Shown piece by piece: positions 1-10,117 of a stretch of DNA of 64,000 nt. The notes below the pieces were generated by a model that was not told the DNA's origin, made no database searches, and saw only the letters and a list, made by a program, of their open reading frames with translations. The stretch is taken from assembly GCA_964483805.1 (NCBI GenBank), contig CAZADH010000002.1, positions 1,163 through 65,162 of the forward strand, given 5' to 3'. The translations under genes and the position numbers were made by a program. The stretch is from an uncultured bacterium (GTDB taxonomy: Bacteria; Muiribacteriota; Ozemobacteria; Ozemobacterales; Ozemobacteraceae). The stretch's first letter is position 1; each line of letters begins with the position of its first letter.

Positions 1-5
1 GACCG

Positions 6-365
6 TCAATCCACGCCTCCGGCAGCTCCACACCTCCCCTTAGACCCAGCCGAAAGGCCGGCGCCGGGGATAATGCCCTGTTCCACCAGCCTACTCAGCG
101 TTTCGTGATGCTCGGCAATCAACATCTCGAGCCCTTCGAGGACCCGCTCTTGGTGACCAGGGTCGACACGGGAATCCTGCAGTTGCCGACGTAGCGCCTC
201 CCGCAACCGCGCAACGCCACCTATTCGCAACGAGCCGCGCAGATCATCGCCCGAGGTGGCGAGCTGGGCAAAAGGGTCTTCGCCGAGGACACGCAACACG
301 ACTTCGAACGTACGGCGGAGCACCGGTTCCCAACCAGCGCCAAGAAGGTGTTCAATCAACGACAT
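6..365 (-). CDS. hypothetical protein (119 aa)
   Basis: Complete ORF with stop at 6-8. ATG at 365 is preceded by GAGGTGA (SD) 4-5 nt upstream. No recognisable domain. Confidence 0.45.
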   Translation of the reverse strand: MSLIEHLLGAGWEPVLRRTFEVVLRVLGEDPFAQLATSGDDLRGSLRIGGVARLREALRRQLQDSRVDPGHQERVLEGLEMLIAEHHETLSRLVEQGIIPGAGLSAGSKGRCGAAGGVD

Positions 366-594
366 TATTCACCTCGGAAATCGAAAATCCGTGCTGTTGG
401 CATAGATGCCGCTAACACAGGGCGCTACCAACCAAGCCCATGTGACCAGCGACGTAGCTCTTGGCTCGAGTATCCATGACCACTCCAGATTCGCAGATTT
501 CAGCGAAGCGAAGTCATGTTAACAACGTCCGGTTCGTTTGATCAACGAGTTTCGATGGCCGCATGTTCCGGGCAAGCGGACCAAAGCCACCCTG

Positions 595-1233
595 TCAGCG
601 GACCCGATACTCCCGCGGCGACTCGCGCACGATTTTTGGGGGGCGCGGCAGAATTTTGTTGAACTCGATCGCCAGGCCCGGCAGACACTGCACGTCGAGA
701 ACCAGATCGTTACCGTCGAGGATCTCCGCTGGCCCGAACGTGGCACCACCCGCGTCACGGCGGTAGACCGTGACCATGCGGTCGGTCGGATGGATGGTCC
801 AGAACTCTTTGACGCCGTGAATCTCGTAGAGGCGACGCTTCCGGATCAGGTCTTTCGAGGCTGTCGAGGGCGACAGGATCTCGATGACGAAATCGGGCGC
901 GCCGCGAATGCCGCGGGGAGTGACCTTGGCGGGGTCGCAGACAACCAGCACGTCGGGCTGCAGGACGGTGGTCACCTGCTCGTCGGCCTCGTCGCTCTTC
1001 GGAAACAGTACGTCGACCGGCGCATCGAACATCTCGCACGTTTTTCCGACAAGAAACGCGTGAATAACGGCGCACAGTTCTCGTGAAATCCGCTGGTGGT
1101 CGGTAGTTGGCGCCGGCGTCATGTCGAAGGCCTCGCCGTCGAGAATCTCCCAACGCTCGTCATCGGGCCAGGTTAGATAGTCACCGTAGGTGTATTTCTT
1201 CTTGCCCTGTGATTTCTGCTTCGTGCCGACCAT
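595..1233 (-). CDS. Uma2 family endonuclease (DUF820, PD-(D/E)XK fold)
   Basis: N-terminal YTYGDYLTWPDDERWEILDGE and the PDFVIEILSPST..D nuclease core are typical of the Uma2 family. GGGAGG SD lies 6 nt before ATG 1233. Confidence 0.85.
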   Translation of the reverse strand: MVGTKQKSQGKKKYTYGDYLTWPDDERWEILDGEAFDMTPAPTTDHQRISRELCAVIHAFLVGKTCEMFDAPVDVLFPKSDEADEQVTTVLQPDVLVVCDPAKVTPRGIRGAPDFVIEILSPSTASKDLIRKRRLYEIHGVKEFWTIHPTDRMVTVYRRDAGGATFGPAEILDGNDLVLDVQCLPGLAIEFNKILPRPPKIVRESPREYRVR

Positions 1234-1402
1234 CGCCAGTACCTCCCAGGCAATTAGGCTGTCACGTTGTCATGGTAGCATTCCGCGCGACGACATTCAA
1301 AACACGATGGATAGGGCAAAATGTAACCGCCGCATCAACCCGGACATCGGCCGCATGGATGAGGGCACCCGCCACGACCGCGGCCTCGACAACACGATTG
1401 GC

Positions 1403-3043
1403 TCAGCGCTGCTCCTTCACCCGCCACAGATCGAGGTTGCGGGTTTCGGGGTCGAAGACGACGCCGACCAAACGGACGGGCAGTGAAAGCGGGTTGCCGG
1501 GCGCGCCCGGTTTGTACTTCTCGGCGTAGCCCTTGGCCTCGAGCTGGTCGAGCGGGTCTTCGTCGGGCTTTTTCGAGCGGTCGAGGCCCTTCACCTTGAA
1601 TTCGAAGACCCAGATGCCCCAGGGTGTTTTCACGGTCAGGTCAATGCGGCCTTTGTTGGTCGTTTCCTCGCCGATCACGTCGAGACCAAGCGAAGCGAAG
1701 TAGCCGTAGACGACGCTGCAGTAGAATCCTTCGTATTTACATATCGGGTTGTTGCGATACCAGTCGTTGGGGATCGATGAAAAGAAGCCGTGGAAGACGT
1801 CGCGCAGAGCGTCGGGGTCGCTTTTCTCGAGGGCATTCCACAGGACGTTTCCCTGGGCTGAAACCAGCTTTTTCTCGCCCACGGTGTTCTCGAGAACCAG
1901 CCGCGAAAAGGAAGAGCGCACCTCGAGGTTGGGAAAACCCAGCCGGAACCGGCTGCCACGAATCGCGTCGTTTGATGTCTCTTTTACCGTCAGATATCCG
2001 GTCTGAAACAATACGGTCTCGAATCGCATCGACCCTGGTTCGACACTGTCGCTCAATTCGGCGCCGAGCCACAGGCTGTCGAGATCGGGTAACGCGCGCG
2101 GTTGCTCGTGCAGAAGCTTCATCAAGAACGACGGCGTGCCGGTCTCGAACCACCAGGGGTTAAATTGCCGCTTCTGCAGCAACAGCAGCAAATCGACGGG
2201 GTTGTAGACGCTCTCGCCACCCCACGAATAGCCGTTGTACCAGCGCCGAATCATGTCGCGGTCGAGGCCTTCGCAATGCGCTGCAAACACGGTGTCGAGA
2301 TCGTCTTCGGTGTATCCGCAAATCGAGCTGAATGCGGGGTCGAGCGTCAGGTCGTTGAGGTTGTTCAGCCCGCTGAAGATCCCGGCCTTGCTGAACTTGC
2401 TCACGCCGGTCAGCAGGACAAGCCGCAGGTGCTCGTCGAGAGGTTTCAGCGCCCCATAGAAATCACGGAGAATGCGCCGCGCGGCGGCGGCCTCATCTTG
2501 ATTCCCGAGCGTGTCGAGAATCGGCTTGTCATACTCGTCGGCAAGAAACACGACCTGCCTGCCCGTCGAACCAGAAATGGCTCGAACCAAGTCGACAAGC
2601 CGCATTCCGGGGTTCCCTTGCGTTAACTTCACGGCCCATCGTTCAGTCCAGCGATCGATGAGCGAGTGTAGCCGGGCATCGAGTTCGGCCGCATCGCGGA
2701 TTCCGCCTTCGGCAAAGTCGAGGCGGATCACCGGGTTGGTCTGCGACCAGTCCCATTCGGAATCGGGCGAATCGAGGAACAGCCCTTCGAACAGCTCCCG
2801 TCGCCCCGAGAAAGCGCAGTCGATCGTGTCGACCAGCAGGCTCTTGCCGAACCGGCGCGGGCGCGAGAGAAACCAGAATTTGCCTTGGTCGGCAAGTTCC
2901 GCGACGAACGGGGTCTTGTCGACATAGGTGTAACCGCCGGTCCGCATTTCTTTGAAGCTTTGAATGCCGATCGGCAGCCGGGGTTTCTTCGTGACAGATC
3001 GTTTCGTCACCGGTATTTTCGCGCTTTTTGGAGATCGGTTCAT
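1403..3043 (-). CDS. AAA-ATPase-like N-domain + PD-(D/E)XK C-domain protein (DUF1703 / PDDEXK_9 family)
   Basis: N-terminal LPIGIQSFKEMRTGGYTYVDKT..FLSRPRRFGKSLL is the hallmark of the predicted-AAA-ATPase family. C-terminal GRIDLTVKTPWGIWVFEFKV matches the PDDEXK_9 nuclease domain. Start taken as ATG 3043 (MNRSP); the track start at 3049 is a TTG. Confidence 0.85.
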   Translation of the reverse strand: MNRSPKSAKIPVTKRSVTKKPRLPIGIQSFKEMRTGGYTYVDKTPFVAELADQGKFWFLSRPRRFGKSLLVDTIDCAFSGRRELFEGLFLDSPDSEWDWSQTNPVIRLDFAEGGIRDAAELDARLHSLIDRWTERWAVKLTQGNPGMRLVDLVRAISGSTGRQVVFLADEYDKPILDTLGNQDEAAAARRILRDFYGALKPLDEHLRLVLLTGVSKFSKAGIFSGLNNLNDLTLDPAFSSICGYTEDDLDTVFAAHCEGLDRDMIRRWYNGYSWGGESVYNPVDLLLLLQKRQFNPWWFETGTPSFLMKLLHEQPRALPDLDSLWLGAELSDSVEPGSMRFETVLFQTGYLTVKETSNDAIRGSRFRLGFPNLEVRSSFSRLVLENTVGEKKLVSAQGNVLWNALEKSDPDALRDVFHGFFSSIPNDWYRNNPICKYEGFYCSVVYGYFASLGLDVIGEETTNKGRIDLTVKTPWGIWVFEFKVKGLDRSKKPDEDPLDQLEAKGYAEKYKPGAPGNPLSLPVRLVGVVFDPETRNLDLWRVKEQR

Positions 3044-3314
3044 TGCCAACGATCATACCGTCAACGGGGCTGACGGGGCAAATCGCATGGGCGCTTCAGT
3101 ACGCCGGAAAAGGTCGCCAACCTCACGATTGAACATCCTTGATGCGGCCGATCTGCTGCCGTGATTTGCGCACCAGAGAGGCAACTCGGTGAGCCAACAC
3201 TGTCGCCGCACACCAGAACCAACGCACGGGCACCAGCACTGATGCAGCCTGGTGCGGCCGCTCGTCTCTTGGCTCTCCGCGCGTTTCGGCCCCGAGGGCT
3301 CCTGCCTCGCGCCG

Positions 3315-6300
3315 TCACACGACAACAGCAACCTCGTGTATTGCTTCACCCGCAAACTCGCCAGGAAGGCGCAATTCGGGGCGCGGCTCGCACGAGACCG
3401 AGGGGGCGACGACTGCCGTCGTCGGTCCATCGAGCATGATGCCGGTCGCGGTCGCCTGTTTGCTCGCGGCCTCGAGCAAAGCCGCGCGTTCGAGGGGCGG
3501 GCCGAGAACGGCGCGCGCCAGCCGGCCGGACTGACTGCCGACGAGGCCGACGACGGCGGCGCCGGATGCGATGCCGATGCCGGTCTTGATGGTGAACTGG
3601 CCGGCGCGACGGCGGCGACCGTTGAAAACGGTGAGGGCCGCGCGCATGGTGCGCGCGGCCTGCACGGCGCGCTGTTCGCGCCGGGCGTCGTCACGCCGGG
3701 CGTCGTCGCCTTCGACCCGGTCGACAGAGGAACAAGCGGTGGCCGTGGCGTGTGGCGATGGGGCATCCCCGGGGCGGTCCAGGAAAACGGCGAGTATGGC
3801 ATCGCCGATGAACTTGTCGATGGTGCCGCCCTGCTCGCGAATGCACCACTCCATGGCGGTGAAGTAGTCGTTGAGCATGGCGACGATCTCTTCGGGCGGG
3901 TACTGTTCGGACAGCGTGGTGAAGCCGCGAATGTCGGACGTCAGCACGGTGACATCGGCCAACTCGCCACCGGGCGCCAGGGCGGCATCTTCGTCGCGGC
4001 CGACGACCTGCAATACATCGTCGGACACGAAGCGGCTCAACTGCTCGCGTTCGCGCAATCCCTGGGCCATGCCGTTGAACACTTCGGCCAGGTGGCCGAA
4101 CTCGTCGTTCTGGGCGAGCACGAGGCGCCAGCGGTAGTCGCCACGTGCCGTCGCCCGCATCGCAGCGAGAAACGTCGGCAGCGGCCAGGTAAGCAGACTG
4201 GCGACACCGCCGATGACGGTCAGGGTGATGCAGGACAAGACGGCGAGCAGGCCAAAACCGAGCGACATCGCTCCACCCCAGCGTGCCGTTGCAGCGACCG
4301 GCGCCGACCAGGCGACACCCCGGTAGTTGGCTTCGACGAAGAAACGGGGGGCCAGGACATCGGGCCGGGGCGCGGTCGGGTCGGCCAGCAACGCGCCGAT
4401 GCGTTGTTCGAGGCGCCGCCGCGACAGGTGACGCGGCTCGGTGCCGTGCAGGGCCTCGATGAAATACCGTGTATGCCAACCCAGATGCACCTCGTCGAAA
4501 GCGAGCGGCCGGCTCATCGTCGAGAGAGTTTCGGGAAATCGCTCACACAGCTCGGGGATCTGCTTCAACGCACGCGCGCGCAACGCCCTGGTGAGGGCGC
4601 TAAGGTAACGCTGGTTGCATGCATCATTGCCGCCGATGAGAAAGGCCAGTCCGACCACGGGGCCCGCCCGCACACGATGTGCGTAGTGGGCGTTTGCCGC
4701 CATGGACGGCGGCCCGGAACGCAGTTTCGGGCAGTGCAAACGACCCGCCCGCGCGGAGCTACCGCAGTGCAAGGCGGCGTTGTTTTGGGGGCCTCGAAGG
4801 GTGCCGTTGCTCCGCGGTGCATCGGCGCCGTGTGCCGTCAAGAACCCGCGCTGAAGCCCTGCATCGGCTGTCGAGGGTCCTGGCCGAGGCTCCTGGAGAA
4901 TCGCGATGCCTTCCCACTGGTCGGTGTTTCCCAGCAGGCTGCGGTGCATGCGATTCGGCGCCGCCAGCATCTGGCCGTAGTAACTCATGTCGAGAAACTG
5001 CTCGGCAATGCTGCGCGCGAGAATCGTCTGCGTCTCGAGGCCCGTGGTTCCCGAGCGCGGCCGAAACACGCCGAGTTGGGTCATGGTTTCCTGGGCCATG
5101 GTGCGGGTGATCGTCGACATTTTCACGGCTTCGCTGCGCCCTTCTTCGCCATAGTCAGACCAGAACCACTCGCGACCATCGGCCGCGTAGAGGAACATCG
5201 AGCGGCACAACTCCTCGCGCTCGATGATCCGCCGCATGGCTGATTTGACCGCGGCGGTCGACGAGGCCATCGACCCGGTCGAGATCAGGACCGCAAGCCG
5301 TTCGTTCCACCGGCGCAACCGGGCGGCCCACTGGTGATTGGCAATGCTGAGCCCGCGGTCGATGCGTTCGAAAGTGCGCTGCGCCCGATCGCGCACCTGT
5401 TGCGGCACCACGGCCTGGCGGGCCTGCTCCCAGGCCACCGACATGGCGACGAGGCCGAGCACCGGCAACGCCAGGCCCAAACCGAAGGCCACACCCATCT
5501 TGGTGCGCAGGTTGAGCCCTGCGGGCAGGCCGAACCACACGAGACGCACCGAGATCACCGTAGCGAAGGCGAAATACAGCCATCCCAGGCACGACAGACC
5601 GGGCAACCAGTCATGCCAGGGATGACGCCAGAGGGCCCGGGGGGCGAACACCGCCAGAGCAAGCCGGGACGCAGCCGTGCGGGGCGAGCCATACGTTGTA
5701 TGACGATCGACGCGGCGAATGTCGCTGCGGAAGCGGGTCGGCAACCGCGAGTAGTAGACCATACCGGCCTTGGTATCGAAAAAACCGCAGTGCGTTCCCG
5801 CCGGTGCCCGCACCAGACCGCGGCGAAGCGGCGGGTTCGACGACCGCGCCGCCAGATTTGCCATTTGCCGGCTCCGATCGACGCGACCGCCATCGAGAAT
5901 CGCCACATACATGGCATCGAACTCCGCGTGGATGCGCCGACCTTTGGGAATCGAGGAAACCCACCCGGCAATGCCGTGCAGAACCCGCATCGGCCGGAAC
6001 GCACTCAGGAGCATCTGGTTCTCGGGGCGCATGCCGGTGATGCCGGCGCCGCGCCCGACCAGTTCCTCGAACAGGCGTTGGCCGTGAGCAAAGTAATGGT
6101 CCTCGGGATTGGCACCGGCCTTGTGCACGATGCTGCGTACATGCCACGGAACGGCAATCTCGCGCATGCGGCGAAGCACCGCTGCCGTGGCAACTCCCCT
6201 GGGCGCCACCTCCGGATTCCACCATGTCCAGGTCGTCTGTGGTTCGGCCGCCAAAAACCACAGCGCCACCACGGGCATGCCGGTATGACGCTCACACGCC

Positions 6301-6668
6301 TCGCGAACGCGGGTCAGGTCGGCCGCCGAGCAGGAGCGCCAGCGGGCGACCTCAGTGGCGGTGGCGTCCTCGTGCATCCCCAGCTCGCGATTGAGCCGCC
6401 GAACGAACGGATTCGCGCCGGCACCGACAGCCGTTTCGGCCTCGAACTCGACCATCTCACCGGTAAGGTTCTGCCGACACAACACCCGCAACGCGTTCTC
6501 TTCATCGACGACCAGTTTGTTGATCCAGAAGCGCAGGGCCACCAACGGGATGAACACGAGCAGGAGCCAAACGACGACGAGACCGCCCGCGGCGATCGGC
6601 ACGATGCGAGTTACCGCGGGAGCCGCAGCATCGAGCAATACATCGTCTGTATTCTCGAGGCGGGTCAC
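3315..6668 (-). CDS. membrane sensor class III nucleotidyl cyclase (cyc2): multi-TM sensor, HAMP, CHD cyclase
   Basis: C-terminal SDIRGFTTLSE ... IDKFIGDAILAVF cyclase motifs follow a HAMP-like helix (FNGMAQGLREREQLSRF). Start reassigned to GTG 6668, with AGGAG SD 7 nt upstream and a GTGA overlap with the stop of the upstream gene. The track start at 6764 would overlap the upstream gene by 100 nt. Asn/Arg catalytic residues are replaced (VLGPPLERAALLEA). Confidence 0.8.
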   Translation of the reverse strand: MTRLENTDDVLLDAAAPAVTRIVPIAAGGLVVVWLLLVFIPLVALRFWINKLVVDEENALRVLCRQNLTGEMVEFEAETAVGAGANPFVRRLNRELGMHEDATATEVARWRSCSAADLTRVREACERHTGMPVVALWFLAAEPQTTWTWWNPEVAPRGVATAAVLRRMREIAVPWHVRSIVHKAGANPEDHYFAHGQRLFEELVGRGAGITGMRPENQMLLSAFRPMRVLHGIAGWVSSIPKGRRIHAEFDAMYVAILDGGRVDRSRQMANLAARSSNPPLRRGLVRAPAGTHCGFFDTKAGMVYYSRLPTRFRSDIRRVDRHTTYGSPRTAASRLALAVFAPRALWRHPWHDWLPGLSCLGWLYFAFATVISVRLVWFGLPAGLNLRTKMGVAFGLGLALPVLGLVAMSVAWEQARQAVVPQQVRDRAQRTFERIDRGLSIANHQWAARLRRWNERLAVLISTGSMASSTAAVKSAMRRIIEREELCRSMFLYAADGREWFWSDYGEEGRSEAVKMSTITRTMAQETMTQLGVFRPRSGTTGLETQTILARSIAEQFLDMSYYGQMLAAPNRMHRSLLGNTDQWEGIAILQEPRPGPSTADAGLQRGFLTAHGADAPRSNGTLRGPQNNAALHCGSSARAGRLHCPKLRSGPPSMAANAHYAHRVRAGPVVGLAFLIGGNDACNQRYLSALTRALRARALKQIPELCERFPETLSTMSRPLAFDEVHLGWHTRYFIEALHGTEPRHLSRRRLEQRIGALLADPTAPRPDVLAPRFFVEANYRGVAWSAPVAATARWGGAMSLGFGLLAVLSCITLTVIGGVASLLTWPLPTFLAAMRATARGDYRWRLVLAQNDEFGHLAEVFNGMAQGLREREQLSRFVSDDVLQVVGRDEDAALAPGGELADVTVLTSDIRGFTTLSEQYPPEEIVAMLNDYFTAMEWCIREQGGTIDKFIGDAILAVFLDRPGDAPSPHATATACSSVDRVEGDDARRDDARREQRAVQAARTMRAALTVFNGRRRRAGQFTIKTGIGIASGAAVVGLVGSQSGRLARAVLGPPLERAALLEAASKQATATGIMLDGPTTAVVAPSVSCEPRPELRLPGEFAGEAIHEVAVVV

Positions 6669-9600
6669 GACGGCACTCCTGCCAGTTCGAACACCGAGAT
6701 GGCCTGGGCCTTGCCCTTCACCGCAATGGCCCCGAGTCCGGCGAGAGTGAAGCCCTCGTTGCAACCGGCCGCGGTCGCGGCATCGAGGACGATCCCGGTG
6801 GCAACCGCCCGACGGCTCTCGCTCTCGAGGCGGGCCGCGAGGTTCACGGTATCGCCGATGACGGTGTGATCGATGCGACGCAGGCGCGAACCGATGCGTC
6901 CCGAGATCACCACGCCGGTCGCCATGCCGATTCCCAGAGACAAGGGCGGATCATCGGGCGTCACGGCCCGACGGCGACGGTCGAGATCGGCCAATGCAGC
7001 CCGCATCGCCCACGCGGCCCGGGCCGCCCGCACGGCGCTATCGTCTTGCGGACCGGGGGAAAACACGGCCATCACCGCATCACCGATGTATTTGTCGATA
7101 CTGCCACCATTGCGGGTCACCGCCGCCTCGGCCAGCGGAAACCAAGCGTTGAGCAGGTCGATGATCCAGCCCGGCGACCGCCTGGCCAACAGACCCGAAA
7201 AATCACGCAGGTGGGCGAACAACACGGTGGCGGCGCACCGCTCGCCGCCGGGGGCCAGATCGGCCCCGGTGCCGGCCTGCACCGTCGAGAGAACCTCAGC
7301 GGAGACGAAACGGGTCAGGCGCAAACGTTCGCGCAATCCCCGGCACATGTTGTTGAACTCGCCGGCGAGCTGGGCGAACTCGTCACGCGTGTCGCAACGC
7401 AGCTCGACGTCGAGCAATCCCTCGGTCACCCGGGTTCCGCCCTGCGACAGAACCCCGATCGGCCCCACGAAAACCCGCTCGAGATAACGCACCAACACAT
7501 AAAGCAATACAACACAGTACAGCGCGAGAGCGAGCAGCAACAGACGCTGGTTCCACACCTGCACCGGGCTGTCGGGTTCGACCAGAGCGACCGCGACCCA
7601 GGGAACGCCGTCGAACGACTGGACCACACCTACACCGCCATCGGCCGCCGGCAGGACGACGGCGGCCCCGGCCCGCGCCTCGAGAAGGCCCTCACGCGCC
7701 ACCTCGGCCAAAGCCCCGTCGTGCCGGGCCGAGATCGGCCAACACTGCTGGGGCTCGAGCTGCGGGTGATCGGCATCGGTGATGCGAAAGAAAGCGATGC
7801 GATCACCCTGGCGACACTCGAGTTGCTCGGCAAACGGCGCGGCGCGACGCCGACGCGCGAAATAGTCGTCGGCCGATCGTTCGGTGCGCTGCAACGTGAA
7901 CAACTCGGCCACGGGCAACCGGTCGCGCCGCGAGTCGGGGAAAACAAGAAACTGCAAGACGCGGCAGTTCTTCAGGCCACTGAAGCCGGAATCGGCCGGC
8001 GCGCCGTCGTCCATCACCAGGGCGCGAACATCGCCCACCCCGATGTTCTCGGCAATCGCCCATCGCGACCGGGTCAGATACGACGGCGCCCCGGGGCGCC
8101 CAAGGAGTTGCGGCGTAAATATGCCGTATTCGGCCAGGCTGCGAATGGCAAACAACCGGCCGAACTCCCGCAACTGGTCGGCCGCCACCGGATCGAGCTG
8201 CACAGGGTCGGAAGCAGGCGCACGGACTGTCCATTCCTCGCCCGAGGCCGCGATCAGGTGCACGGCATCGAGACAAGCGGTCTGCTGCAGGCGCGCCAGT
8301 CGGGCCGCCACCCGCGACCGATCGCGCACGAGATCGGCCCCGAGCCGCTCACGCACACGCGAAATCGCGGCGGCATGAAAGTCGGCGTGCGCGGCCAGAT
8401 CGGTGCCGACCACACCGATCTTCTCGCGAACCTCGTTGAGTCGTCGATCGACGTCGAGTTGGCGCGCAAAGCCGTGCCACGCCACAGCCACCAACCAGAA
8501 GCCCACGATGGGAACGACGACGGCGAGGCCCGTCGCCACCGCGAGCTTGCCCCAGATCGACAACGGCAGACGCACATCGTGCCGGGCCAACCGCCACAGC
8601 AGCACCGCGATCGCCAGGGCACCCAGGCCGAGCGCAATTCTGACCCACGGCAGCAGCGGCCGCAGCGGATGCACGAGACTCGCCAACGGCCGCCACACCA
8701 GCATGACGGGCGGTCGCGATCGGGGCCCCGGTCGACCACCCGAAGTATCGGCCCAACGGGCGGTGGTGTCGCGGTGCAACGGCCAGGCAAGTGCGTAGAT
8801 GTGCCGCGAACGGACGAACCGGGGCGACATGGCGGCCACTCTGCGGGTCAGGCGCCAGTTGGCGCCGCGCCGGTGCCGGCCCAGCCACAATCCGGCCGGC
8901 AAATCGGCATCGCGCAGAATCGCCAGGTAGCCACCGACGATCGGCGCGTGCGGATGATCGGAGGCCGGCAGGAAGCGGGTGTAGATCCAGAGCGGTCCGC
9001 CCCCGAACTTGGGCGAATACATGCCGACCACGGCCCCCCGGGGACTGCGTGCCGACGCATACTCGCCCAGCATGCTGCGCAACAGGCGATCGGCCATGGC
9101 CGGCGTCACGCGCTGCGCCGCCGCGACCGCACCCGGATCGGCCCAGGCCTGTCGGGTGCCCAATCCACCCATGAACTGCAGGATCTGCCGCGCAGCTTTC
9201 TGCGACGGCCGATTCAGGGCGGTAAAATACTTTGTATTGCCATGCACGATGACGTCGGCACCATCGGAACCGGCGACAAACACCGCCAGAGGCTCGGTTC
9301 CGAGCCGTCTCGACAACGCCGGCACCAATCGCCGCGCCCAGTGTTGAGCCGGGATCGGTCCGGACTCCGACGCCGCGAAGTGCCAACTGCGCACCCGCTC
9401 CGGATCGGGCCAACCGACGTCCTGTTCGGCGCTGTGCAGCAGACCGCGCAAACCGGTGGCCGGCTCGAGGGCGGCTGCTTCACGACGGGCCTGCGCGACC
9501 ATCTCGCTCTGCACGGTCGCGAGCAGATCCTGTTCGACCCGACCGATGATCGAGACCACCGCACGTTCACCGACCACCAGCGGAACCACGAGGCCCAAGA

Positions 9601-9701
9601 GCCACGCACACACCAGGACCCACGCGCGCGGACGCGCCGGCGACAGGGGGGTGCTCGCCGCGGTCGATCCGACATCATCAGGACGATGCATCGATGGCGT
9701 G
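6665..9701 (-). CDS. membrane sensor class III nucleotidyl cyclase (cyc1), paralog of cyc2-4
   Basis: HAMP (FNNMCRGLRERLRLTRF) plus cyclase motifs IDKYIGDAVMAVF and TVIGDTVNLAARLES are present. The first metal-binding Asp is replaced by His (VLFAHLRDFSG). Start taken at ATG 9701 (MHRPDD..., signal/TM follows); the track ORF extends to 10303 without support. Confidence 0.8.
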
Positions 9702-10002
9702 TTTCCTTCGAACGCGCTGGGGATACGCGTAGGGTTCAGAGACAGACGGCTGGTTCCGGGACGATCGATCGGGTCGTTTGCACTGCGCGAACCTGTCGTT
9801 TCGCGCCGCCTCGCCAGGGTCTGCGCGCCCTCCTGGCGCACCCTGGCACGCCCCTCCTGGGGCAGTCCGTGGCAGCAAACGCCCACTTCGCGCATCGGGG
9901 CAGCGGCACCGTCCAGGTGCCGCCCCGAAACGCGGCCATCCGTGGCCCCGGTCCGTGCGCTCGGGTCGGCACAGCAGGTGCGCTGGTGATTTTCGCCGAT
10001 TT

Positions 10003-10031
10003 TTGCGTCGCCGTCCATCCCCTGGTACAAT
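10003..10031 (+). promoter_or_regulatory. sigma70-like promoter TTGCGT-17-TACAAT upstream of the CHAD/HD genes
   Basis: Hexamers at 10003-10008 and 10026-10031 with a 17-nt spacer. About 85 nt upstream of the CHAD gene start codon. Confidence 0.4.
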
Positions 10032-10117
10032 CGCACGAAGACTTGTTGCGACCCGCCGGTCATGTGGCCGACTATACATACCGCGTGCATACGGCGAGGC
10101 AGAAACGGAACCGCCGG

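Noticed and set aside
595-3043. Uma2 / DUF1703 genes as transposases or IS remnants
   Set aside because: No inverted terminal repeats, integrase or transposase motifs. Both are nuclease-fold families that are not known to transpose.
3252-5243. 663-aa plus-strand ORF antisense to cyc2, and similar long antisense ORFs (5334-6869, 6866-10396, 9678-11126, 19560-20531, 25054-27306, 44893-47856, 49121-51238, 29049-30146)
   Set aside because: Arg/Pro/Gly/Ala-rich low-complexity translations with no motifs. Each lies opposite a gene with strong family signatures. Long stop-free antisense frames are expected at ~67% GC.
6669-6764. N-terminal 32 codons of the track ORF 3315..6764 (start 6764)
   Set aside because: Would overlap the upstream cyclase gene by 100 nt. 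An in-frame GTG at 6668 has an AGGAG SD and the GTGA stop/start overlap seen in the paralogous pair.
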